DNA of 64,000 bases from NCBI GenBank assembly GCA_043228905.1, contig JBHGNT010000006.1:16988001-17052000 (forward strand). Reading direction: 5' to 3'. This DNA comes from Azolla caroliniana. Its lineage: Eukaryota; Plantae; Polypodiophyta. Each line of letters opens with the position of its first letter. Position 1 is the stretch's first letter. Shown here piece by piece: positions 25,942 through 37,600 of this stretch. Under the pieces are notes generated by a model. The model saw only the letters and a program-made list of their open reading frames with translations. It was not told where the DNA came from and made no database searches. The position numbers and the translations under genes were made by a program.

Positions 25942-27856
25942 CACTATATATAAAGAGGTTTGCGACACCTTTTATAAACCCCTTATACGTATGTTTTTTA
26001 CTATTTTAGATACCCTTCTATAAAAGTACAGTTAATAAAAATACCCCTTAGTGTCAATATATATTTTGACAACTCATTATAAATGCCCTTACATAGAAGA
26101 CACATGTATGTTTTATACATGTGTGTATGTATGTATTATATTGTATTGCATATGTTGTATATATTTTATGTATGTATGTGTTATGTGTGTGCTCATATGT
26201 ATGTATTGTATTCCATGTTTATTTATGTATGTATTATATTGTATGTGGTATATATTAGTTGTATAACATGTGTGTATGTATCTATGTGTTATGTGTGTAT
26301 GTGTGTAGGGGCTCGTGTCTATTTGCACCTAAATCATAGATATTCTTTTACTTTAATAAAGACTCAAGAGTTCATTATTTGGTTTGATAGTTATTCTATA
26401 TTTAAACTTTATGAAATTCATCAACAATCATCATGAATACCCCAACACTACAAGAAGTTCCTTCAAATGCTCAATAACTTCTCCCATGACAACATTATTT
26501 AATGAGGAAGAGATTAATATATGACTGATTCAATATGTGAAGCTTATCAAGCATATATGTGCTACATGGGTCAAGCCACATTACCATACGTATCAATCAC
26601 ACTATTGGCAATACAACATTTCTTTCTAACGCAACTTTTACTTAGATTATATAGTTTGCAACAAACAAACACATGCAAAACCAACTTGCTATAATAATGA
26701 CATACCTACAATTCAAATAATGTTTCAAACAAACAAAAATTCATTAGATGAGAGGAAAGTAATATATTACAACACATGCAATGATTTATTTATCAATATC
26801 CTTCCTTTACAACAAGTAGAAATGAGGACCTTGCATTCTCCTAATGATGTAGCACCAAGAAAGATGAATGCAATGTTAGGTGATAATAAAAATCCACAGA
26901 CACGGTTAGTGAAGATTAAAGTGGGTGGGATTTGATGAATAAACACCCACTTGGCTTTAGAAATGTTCCTAATAAATGCCAACCTCCAAATCCAAAAATT
27001 CATGAAAGGAATGAATACCATCCATACTTATAGAGAAAGCACCGCCATCATGAGCTCCCCATGAGGCTTCTCAAGACCAAAAGAACTTTTCTTGCTTGTG
27101 AAATGACAATAGCAAATACACAAATTAACATTGAAAAAAAGAACATGAGATGGAATGCTACCAATGCATGTGTGCATGCATTCATACATGCATACAAATA
27201 GACACATACAAACACAACCATGCATATGCAAATACACATGCACACATATGAATATGGTAAAAAATTGATATGGTACTAAACCAATAATCCTCAAAAAGTG
27301 GTTTGGATCCTAATGGCCACAAATTCTCGCCTTCTTGTAGCTCATCCTACACATCCTTGCTTGCCAAAGGAGGGCCACTTCGAAGAGGTCGATCACACTC
27401 ATGGCTCCTTCTCTCTTGGTCTCTTTGCTTCTTTTCCTCTCTCTCTCTCTCTCTCTCTCAAACCAAAGCAACTCACTTACTATTGATAACTCCAAAATGT
27501 AAACATACATACATCCATGTCATGAAGAAAAAACCCTTATAAATAAATTCCCTATAGCCACTTTTTCAAAGCAACTAGACTCAATAAAGTGAAAAAAGGC
27601 TGAATACAAAATGCAAACAGAAAGACACTATTTCTACTCTAATAGTTGAATTAATTAATTATAATCAAACAATAAGAATCCCATATCATCATCGCTTTCT
27701 TCTTGTTTCTCTTTTACTTCTTCCTTCTCTTTTACAATAGGAGCACCACAACTACCCCCTCCCCCACCCCCAACCGACGCGATTGCTCCACTAGACACAA
27801 AGCCGCCCCTCCTCCACTGCCAATGATTACCTGGAAGACCAATCCAAAAATGCGAG

Positions 27857-27902
<46 letters not shown>

Positions 27903-27915
27903 CATAAGCAAGTGC
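25942..27915. mobile_element. Possible left end of a non-autonomous CACTA-like DNA transposon, TATG-rich, with captured fragments
   Basis: CACTATATATAAA starts 11 nt after copia E breaks off; short GACAC/GTGTC subterminal motifs. No partner TIR found in the window. Confidence 0.3.
26528..26629 (-). pseudogene. Degenerate PLS-class PPR motif fragment
   Basis: With three 1-nt frame corrections it reads LERNVxIANSVIDTYGxCGLTHVAHxMLDKLHILN, resembling the N-(A/S)-L-I-D-M-Y-x-K-C-G...FDKL PPR pattern. Confidence 0.45.
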
Positions 27916-28133
27916 TAGAGATTGAAGGAAGAATCAACGGATCCCTCAAGGCAACCTCCATCCTCAGAAGTAAGGTGTTGCTTAGCACTCCAAGAGCCAC
28001 CACCGTTTCTGCCGATGAAGGTGAAGACGACCATAGATACAAGTAAACCTTGTTTGTCTCTATCTCGTTCCTCTGTGCTTTTTACCGAGATGGACGTGTG
28101 ATAATAAATGATCGTGCCGCCAATTGACGGCGT

Positions 28134-31100
28134 GTGGCCCATGTGATCGACAATAAACTTAGGATGACTTTATGGAACTGTAACGGTGCACTTCAGACAC
28201 ACCCTGGCCGTCTAGAGGAGATTTTGAAGGTATCTGACATACTTATTTTAGTAGAAACCCATCAGAGCCCAATTCGAGGACTGCCACGAGTTGACGGTTT
28301 TCGTTGGGAATTTTTCTTTAAACAAATCTCAGGTCGACATACTACTAGAGGGTCTGGAGGGGTTGTGATACTATTTTGGAGAGAGATACATAATAGGATA
28401 GAAATACTAAAGAAAGACCCAGAAGCACGTTTTATGTGGGTGAAAGTTCTCACTAGCAAGGACCAGGCGATATTTATCGCCGTGTGTTACTTCCCCGTGA
28501 AAGGATCCCAGTATAATATGGCTGGAGAGGCAAGTATAGTTGATGAAGGAACATCACATGGGCCTTCTCCATATGAACCTTTATCGGATGACATAATCTG
28601 ATATTCTTCTCAAGGGGAAGTCTTCCTTGTAGGAGATTTCAATGCGAGAACCCAATCCCGACAATGCACTATATTTCAGATGGATAGAAACCTCGAAACG
28701 GTGAATGTCGACCCTATAGACTTAGACATAACATGTACATCAAAGGATCTAGGTGCGGATACCACAAACTTTGGCCATCATCTGCTTGAACTTGGAAGTC
28801 GACACCAGATGATCATATATAATTGCTTAGCCAAGTGGCCGGGCTTAGAAGCGCTCACATGTTTCCCATATGGAGGGGAAAGCACAGTTGATTACCTAAT
28901 AGGATGCCCTGAAGCTACCCACATGGTTAACTCCTTTCGGGTGGCCCCATGCCCCATTGGTGCAAACCATAGTTTCCTATATTTTGAGCTAAAATGCAAC
29001 ACCTCCCACGCCACCAACTCTAGTCAACCAAACCATCACACCATAATACATTTCACACATGAGCTCGTTGACATCTACTCTCAACATGTTCAAGTCCATC
29101 TCTCCTCTTTTGATTCTTCCTTGCCTATAGAGAACCTCACCACAGAACTCACACACAGACTTCAGTCGGCAACAATTAGTAGCTTCCCATACACGAAACA
29201 CTCCAATCATAGTAGAATAGGGTCTATGCCTCAGAACAAGTGGTATGACGAGGATTGTAGAGAGTTGTATAGACAACTTAAAATGTCGCGACTTAGTGGT
29301 ACTCTTTCCTCAGTACAAACTCGAAAAGAGATGCGCAAGATGACACGTCGTAAAAGACGAGCGTGGGAAGCATCCCAATATTGGGAACTCTACCATATGC
29401 TCATGAGTAGGGATTGCGCCCTTGCATGGAAGAGACTACGGGAACCGCGACTAGAAACACCTATTGAGGATCCCAATATTTGGCACACATATATCGAGAG
29501 ACTCTACCATGTCCCCAACCAACCACCCATCCCAATGCCTTCCACACCCCGACCTAACATGGAGACACTTTTCACGACATCTAGGGTCACGAAGGTCATA
29601 AAAAAATTACAACGTAGGAAATCCATGGACCACACAAGATTGCGAGCCGAGCACATCATATATGCTCAAGAGTGCCTAGCCCCCTTTCTCACTCTAATCT
29701 TCAACTACGCCCTCGCTGAGGGTTTTCCACCACAATGGACCATGAACATAGTGGCTCCTATACATAAAGGAGGGGACCGAATCGACCCAAATACATATAG
29801 GACCATTATGATAGGCCATACGCTCGCTAAACTATATGGTGTGGTAATGGAAGCGGAGCTTAACGATTATATGGAAACATTAAGTCTTCGAGCACCTAGG
29901 CAGGCTGGCTTTAGACGAGCCTTCTCCACCATTTACCATATCTTCACACTTAGATGCTTAATTGACCAGACCAAGGCTCGTAAGAAGAAACTATATTGTT
30001 GCTTTGTGGACTTCCGCAAAGCCTTTGACACAATTCCTAGGGAGAAGTTGTTTGATAGACTTAAGAGCTTGCAGATACCAAATGACATGATCTGGGCCAT
30101 TTATGCCCTATATGAGCAAGTCTCTAGGTGCGTAAGATGCCCAGGTGGCCTATTCGATTATTTCACTAGCACCATTGGTGTAAAACAAGGTTGCCCCCTA
30201 TCACCAACTCTTTTTGGGATCTACATTGATGAGATCACTGATTCTATTGCTCGTAAGGGAGGCAAGGGAGTAGTTGTTGGGGATATGCAAGTTAGTCTCT
30301 TACTCTACGCAGACGACATTGTCTTGCTCTCGGAGTCAGAACACGACCTACAAAAGCATCTTAATGCCCTAGATGACTTTTGTACACAACGAGGACTGGT
30401 AGTGAATCTAGCGAAAACTAAAGTCCTTATCTTTCATACATCGTCCCGAGTTAGGAGTAAATGTCACCTAATCCTCTCTCATAAACTAGTTGAGGTAGTT
30501 GGATCATATGTATACTTGGGAGTCACTTTTAGTACTCGCTCATGTAAATTCTCTATGACCCAGGCAACCAAAGATAGGCTAACGAGAGCTTATGCATCCC
30601 TCTCACTCTTAGAGAGACAATGCCACCAAGCATACTTTCAAGAGCCACGGACTAAGGGATGGCTCCTCGACTCATTAGTGACCCCTTCCCTCATGTATGC
30701 ATCAGTAGTATGGGGCTCCAGGTCTACCATCTTTCATGTGGATGCAATTAGAGAGACCTTTGGTGACAATGTTATCACGTCACCTCTGACGCAAATCGAC
30801 AGTACCACATGACATTATTAGAGCAGAGTTCAGTCTGCCCCCGATGTTAGTAGAAGCATTGTTTCAAGTGGTAATTTTTCTTCATCGGATACATAGCCAA
30901 CCACAAGATAGGATACCCCGTCGAGCCGTTGAGGCATCTCGATCCCTACATGCGTTTGGAGACACTAGCTCTTGGTATGGCACTATGGTGAGTTGGTTAC
31001 TTGCAAATGGCATAGACATTAATAACCTACCCCCCCTTAAGTACAATCATGGGATTGACCAAACTCTAATATCTCATGAAGACCATAATAAAGTGATACG

Positions 31101-31765
31101 CCAAGAAATATGGCAAATTTACACTCGATATAAATGGATCACCCCACAAGAGCAACTCCCATCTAAAATGTTGTACTATAAGGAACACTTCTTGCACTTC
31201 TCTCAGTTAGGTTTTATTATACAACCAAGATATCTAGATTCATTCTTATCAAATGCACTAAGGGTTGCCATTGGACAACTTAGGATATCGTTTCACCAAC
31301 TTGAGATTGAGAATGGTCGGGCTAATAGAGTCCCTAGGGAGGAAAGGCTATGTAGGTTGTGCCACATAGAGATAGAGGATGAGTATCACTTCACATGCAA
31401 GTGCCCAACTTATGCCGAGATACAATTGGAATACCAAGACATATTAGGACCCTCTCCCACCCTCTCCAAACTATTAGATACCCCGGATGTAAAGAGACTA
31501 GGTAGGTATATCTTAGAGCTAAAACAACATAGGGAGAATAAATTACAAAGTGCTACCCATAACCCTTTTACTATTCATCAACTTGTAACTAGTGTAATTT
31601 TTCAGGAACAAGGGGAGACGATGAATGTGGATACACTTACGCCGCTCGGCCTCTCTCTTGAGGAAACCGAATCGCAAAGAACAACCAAACGCCCTCGGAT
31701 CTTGGGCTTCAAAACAAGTCGACATGAAGTAGAAAGGATTAAGAAGATAAGAGAACGTGAGCTAA
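28134..31765 (+). mobile_element. Non-LTR retrotransposon (RTEX-like LINE): APE endonuclease, RT and C-terminal Cys/His domain; inactivated
   Basis: TLWNCNG, LVETH, GSGGV, GDFNAR (APE); FVDFRKAFD, GVKQGCPLSPTLF, LLYADD (RT); REERLCRLC..EDEYHFTCKC. TGA at 28599 and about 30787; frameshift at about 30712. Confidence 0.9.
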
Positions 31766-31789
31766 ACCCCCCCCCCCCCCCCCTTTCAT

Positions 31790-33221
31790 ACTTGTGCTTA
31801 AGTATGTATTGTATGTATTGTATGTATAGCATGTATGTGTATGTTCTATATATGTGCATTTGTATTGTATTGCATGCATATATATGTATGTGTATGTATT
31901 GATGCGTATATGCATGTTTATGTATGTACATGTTGTGTGTATGTATTGATGCGTATAATATGTATGTGTGTACATGTTGTATTGGATTGCATTGCATTGT
32001 ATTGTTTTAATTGCATTATTGTATATATGCATTGTATGTATGGCATGTGTGCATGTATATGTATGACATACATATTGTGTTGTGTTGTATGTATGGCATG
32101 TGACTATGTATATATATATATGTGTTGTGTGTATATGCATGTATGTACATGTTGTATTGCATTTTATTGTATTGTATCATTTTTGCATTATTGTATACGT
32201 GCATTGTATGTATGGCATGTGTGCATGTGTATGTATGACATACATATTGTGTTGTGTGTATATGCATGTATGTACATGTTGTATTGCATTTTATTGTAGT
32301 GTATCATTTTTGCATTATTGTATATGTGCATTGTATGTATGGCATGTGTGCATGTGTATGTATGTACATATTGTATTGTGTTGAATGTGTTGTATGTACG
32401 GCATGTGACTATGTATAATGTATGTATGTGTTATGTGTGTGTATGTTCTATATAGGTGCATATGTATGTATTGTATGTATGGCATGTGTCCATGCACATA
32501 TGTGTTATATGTGTGTGTGTGTGTGTATTTTCTATTGATGTACATATGTATGTATTGTATATCATGTGTATATATGTATGTGTTATATGTGTGTGTGTGT
32601 GTGTGTTTTCTATTGATGTACATATGTATGTATTGTATTGCATGTGTATATATGTATGTGTGTATGTACATATTGTATTGTATTGCATGTGTTGAATGTA
32701 TAGTATGTATGGCATGTGTCTGTATATATATTCTTTACATGTCCATATGTATGTTTTGTATGTATGTCACGTGTGTATGTGTATATGTGTTATGTGTGTC
32801 TATTCGTGCATACAATACAATATATACATACACATATACAACACACACCACAAACATATATACACATATGCACGTATGTATGTGTGTATGTATGTACATA
32901 TTGTATTGTATGTATGCATGCATGTATGTATGTACATGTATGGATGTAAGTTGGTAACATTTATACAAGTATCATTGTAGACATGTGTACCTATATACGT
33001 GTAGCAGTGTATGAATGAATATATGTATGTCCATGTACGAATGCTTATATGTGTATACATGTAGTATGTAATGTATTCATGTATGTATATTTTCAGTGTA
33101 TTTATCATGTTTAGTATGTGTATGGCTCATATATGGATGTATGTTTGCAATATCACATAATATGCATGCATATATTATCCAATGTATGTGTAAGCATACG
33201 TATATCTAATGTGTGTGTGTG
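31790..33221. repeat. TATG/TGTA low-complexity tract with about three degenerate 125-170 bp units (31965-32385)
   Basis: Direct inspection. Segment 32943-33190 is paralogous to 59741-59965 on the other side of L. Confidence 0.9.
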
Positions 33222-33706
33222 TGTTAAGAGTCTATTACTAATCCATAGATCAAAGTAAAGTAAAAGAAGGAAAATAGAATGGATAGAAGAACCTGTTCCA
33301 CCCGATCATGCCCGACCTATGATCTAGACATAGCCAACCTACCACCGATGTCCCATACCGCCGGATATTAGGATGACTAATACCTTGGAAGAGATAAATA
33401 CGATCGTTGAGACGAAAGCCTAGCCCGCACCACCGGTGTCTAAGACAGCAGCCTTCCGACGTAATGTGATTATGAGGCTAGCTAAGCCTCATATTTATAC
33501 CTTTTCCTAGGCCCCTTGAATAGATGTGCCTTTCTAAAAGGCTCTCCATTCATTGGTTGTCCAAATCATGATAGTGCATGCACCTATCATTCCTTCTATC
33601 CAATCATTAGTCCCCTTTTTAACATTAGTGAACATACCCTTCACTAATGTAAATATTGGTGACCTACCCTCACCAACGTTATGTGTACATAACATACTCC
33701 CCTACT

Positions 33707-34672
33707 TCAAAAGATTGCACTCTTGCAATATAAAGTGAGGAAATTGTGTCTTAAGAGTATGCTCGCATTCCCATGTGGCATCATCAATAGGTTTATCCAT
33801 CCATTTGATCTTGAATAGCCGAATCTCTTAGTGCACTTACCTGTAGACAATGACGTAGAGTCAGTAGGGACACGCAAAAAAACTTTTTGACCAATAGTAA
33901 ATGCACGAGGACGTCTATCTTGATCAGCATAAAATCGAGCACGATCTTGAGCCGTCTTGACATTCTCTTTGGCAATATGCAACATTTGGTTCATGTCTTG
34001 CAAAAAATTGCATATACTGTCTAATGTATCACGATGAATCATGACATCAACTGGGGCATTTGTTGGTATCTAAGGGATGTAAAAGACTAGCAACTTTAAG
34101 TCGTTCCGACTTATTAATCTAACATTGGAAGCATTGAGTTACATATTTATGCATGTCAGAGCGCATCTTAGGCCAGAAAAAAGTACTCGAGATGAGAACG
34201 AGTGTGCGTTGTATTCCAGGATGATCAGCAGATGGTGCGTCATGACATTCATGAAGAAGTTTCCGATTTACGTTTGGTAAATCTGGAACATAAACCTTTC
34301 CACTACGGTGGAGCAAACCGTTTGTAATGTCAAAAGGTCGCCTTCGAGGGTAGGGTGCTAGTATCAGCATCTAAACCAGATTCGACTTTCATCCAGTATT
34401 TCGAAAAATAACTGTCATTAGGGTATTTCCCTCAAAGGTGATCTAAAAGATCAGATTTTATTTCCATGAAGCTAAGCATGTTAACTTCTTTAATGCGACT
34501 AAGAGCATCCGCAGTAGTGTTTATAGAACCCTTGCGATACTGTATGGAAAAATCAAAATCTTGCATAAGGTCAGCCCAATGGCCTTTACGACCAACAAAA
34601 TTTGGCTGGTCACAAAAATACTTCAATGATTGATGGTCTGTTGTAACCACAAATTTATTTCCATAGAGATAA
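33707..34672 (-). pseudogene. L RNase H end, internally deleted integrase and chromodomain remnant
   Basis: TTDHQSLKY, ECHDAPSADHPG, and KIKWMDKPIDDATWECEHTLKTQFPHF next to the PPT. Confidence 0.8.
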
Positions 34673-37600
34673 TGTAGAAGACAAGGCCGTCAATGCGGAA
34701 GATCAAGTAGCATTCGATTGGGGTTGAGTACCTGCGTATGACAGTTTCCAAGATCGTGCACAGAGATAGAGAGAGAGAGAGAGAGAGAGGAGGCACACAA
34801 GACTCTTTCTATTCAATAGAAACAATAATACAACCAACCTTACAAAAAGGTTATTAGGTCACTTTATATAGTGACCGACTTAGGGCAACTACCATTTATG
34901 CTAATTACACAAATGGCCCAAACTTGAGCTATACAAAGGGATAGTGTGAATACGTCCATTATACACTTGTATTCGACACTCCCCCGTAATGGGCGTATAC
35001 ATGGGTTATCTAAGATTACAGGTATAAACCTAGGTTCTCGGACATATCAGTTTTTGTTCGAGTCGGCAGGGTCCGAAGGCAGAAGACCGAACTGGTCGGG
35101 TCGGAAGAGTTGAAGCCGATCATTAAGGAACTGATGTCGGTTGTCCGAAACCATCCTGCGCTGTGTCCGGCTCTAACCGGACTGGTTTGTCGTTACGCCC
35201 ATCTGATGCCGAAGGGACCGAAAGCGGTCTGCCGAAAGACACTTGGTCATTCCATCTGCAACATTGTCGGTTGTGGATACTTTCTCTAGACCGATTTTCC
35301 CTGAAATGACGCAGTCCCGAACGAAGTGATATCGAACGTCGATATGTTTGGAGGTGTTGTGGTGAACCGGATTTTTCGACAAGGCAACAACACCTTGACT
35401 GTCGCTATAGACAACTGGGGCCGAGTCATGGTCGACTTGTCGAAACGTGTGCGCCAGCCGGCCGAGCCACAAAGCTTCTTTTGCAGCGTCGGACGCAGCT
35501 ACATATTCTGCTTCGGTCGTTGAGGTCGCTGTGCACTCCTAAAGTTTCGACTTCCACGAAATTGCTCCATTGCCAAATTTGAAGCAGTATCCAGTTGTTG
35601 ATTTCCGACTGTCTATACAACCGGCGAAGTCCGAGTCGGTGTAACCGACTACGCCTGAGGTTGAGTTCGGACCGAAAAGAATGCCGTGGTCTTTTGTGCC
35701 AGCCAGATATTTGAACACATGCTTGACTGCGTTCCAATGCGATCGGCCAGGATTGTGCATAAATCTGCTAACGACTCCTACGGCATGAGAAATATCAGGC
35801 CGTGTCGCGACCATCAGGTACATGAGGGAGCCGACTGCCGGTGCATACGGTACCGACTTCATATCTTCCCCCTCCGGACCGGATGTCGGGCAGTCCCGCT
35901 GAGAGAGCCGAAGATTCATGGGGAGCGGGGTTGAAGCAGATTTGGCTGATTGCATGTTGAAGCGTTCCAAGACACGTCCGATATAGTCGGTCTGAGACAA
36001 AAAAAGATGTCGTTTATCGCGATGCCGACTAATCTTCATGCCAAGTATGTGTCGTGCCAGACCGAGGTCCTTCATGGCAAACTTCAACCGCAATTGCCGA
36101 ATGAGATCGGCAAGTTCGCCCGCGTGGCGTCCAGAAATTAGCATGTCGTCCACGTAAATGATGAGGAAGATGGGTGATCCATCTTGAGCTGTGTTGGTAA
36201 AAAGACAATGGTCCTCATCGCTTTTTGAGAAGCTGATCGATTGGATGAAGTCGTCGAACTTCTTGTACCATTGTCGCGGTGCCTGTTTGAGGCCGTATAG
36301 ACTCTTCCTGAGTCGGCAGACTAGATGTTCTTGGCCAGTTGCCACGAAGCCTTTTGGCTGCTCCATATAAATTTCCTCTTCAAGATCACCATGGAGGAAG
36401 GCTGTTTTGACATCTAGCTGAATCAGCTCCAAGTTGTCGGCTGCCACTACGCCGAGTAGAAAACGAAGGGTTGTCATTTTCACCACTGGTGAAAAAATCT
36501 CGTCGAAGTCGACGCCATATTCTTGTCAGAAGCCCTTCGCAACTAATCTGGCCTTGTACTTTGGGGTGGTCGAATCAGACGTCTCTTTTAGTCGATAGAC
36601 CCACTTGCAAGGAAGAGCACGTCGATTCTTAGGTAATTCGACCAGATCCCAAGTCTTGTTTGCCCGAATGGAGTGCATTTCCAACTCCATCGCCAGATGC
36701 CAGGTGGCTGAATCGACAGATGTCGATGCTTCTTCGTAAGACGTCGGTTCGCCGGCGTCGGTGAAGAAAATTCCAGGAGAATACCTCTCCGGAGGTTGCG
36801 ACAGTCTTTCGGATCGTCGAGGTATGATTGGACTGGTCGTATCAGGTATCGAGGTCGGATGGTCCGAAAGCGAATTATTCTGCTGTGCCGAGTCAGAGTT
36901 GTCCGAGTCGGTAGTGTAAGGTTCAGCTACCCCTGAAGCTGACCGTGTGTTGAGAGCGGGGCTTTCTTGAAGGGTCGGCACATCGGAAAATGTTACCCTT
37001 CGGACTTCGATCGGTGTTTCGACTGATGGATTCATAGCCGACTCGTTGAACACAACGTCCGAACTTCGAACGATTTGTCTGCGTTCGGGGTCCCAGAGTC
37101 GGTATCCCATTTCGCCGTCTGATCCATATCCAAGGAAAATGCATTTCCTGGACCGAGGTGCAAGTTTTCGGCGATCATCTTTCGGAATAAGGGCGTACGC
37201 CTCGCATCCGAAGATCCTCAGCTTGTCGTAATTCGGCTTACTGCCGATCCATAGTTCCTGAGGAATTTGAAGTCCTAGAGGTCTGCTTGGCGACATATTG
37301 ATTATGTGTACTGCCGTGAGTAGAGCCTCTGCCCAGAAGCCATCCGACAGTCCGGAGTGTTGGAGCATGGAAACTATCCGTTCTTGGATTGTCCGATTCA
37401 TGCGTTCTGCAATCCCGTTTTGCTCCGGACTGTGTGGTGCCGTAAATTCACGTCGGATGCCGCGTTGTCGGTAGAATCTGACGAATTCTTCTGATTTGAA
37501 CTCTCCCCCATTGTCGGTCCGAAAGCATTTCAGTTTTCGGTCAGTTTGATTTTCTACCATAGCGAGCCAATCGGAGAAGATCGAGAAGACACGATCTTTG

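Noticed and set aside
26446-26456. CACTACAAGAA, a canonical CACTA TIR start
   Set aside because: No subterminal repeats follow and no partner end was found; likely chance.
27028-27918. Possible host gene 5' region with GA repeats and exon-like segments
   Set aside because: No convincing ORF, splice chain or recognisable product.
27900-27920. TSD for the LINE (TTCATAAGCAAGTGCT vs TTCATACTTGTGCT at about 31785)
   Set aside because: The similarity is too weak to call a duplication.
31739-33108. Many Cys/Tyr/Met/Val- or His/Thr/Ile-rich ORFs (also 26051-26436 and 59553-60194)
   Set aside because: These are translations of TATG/TG microsatellite DNA, which is naturally poor in stop codons.
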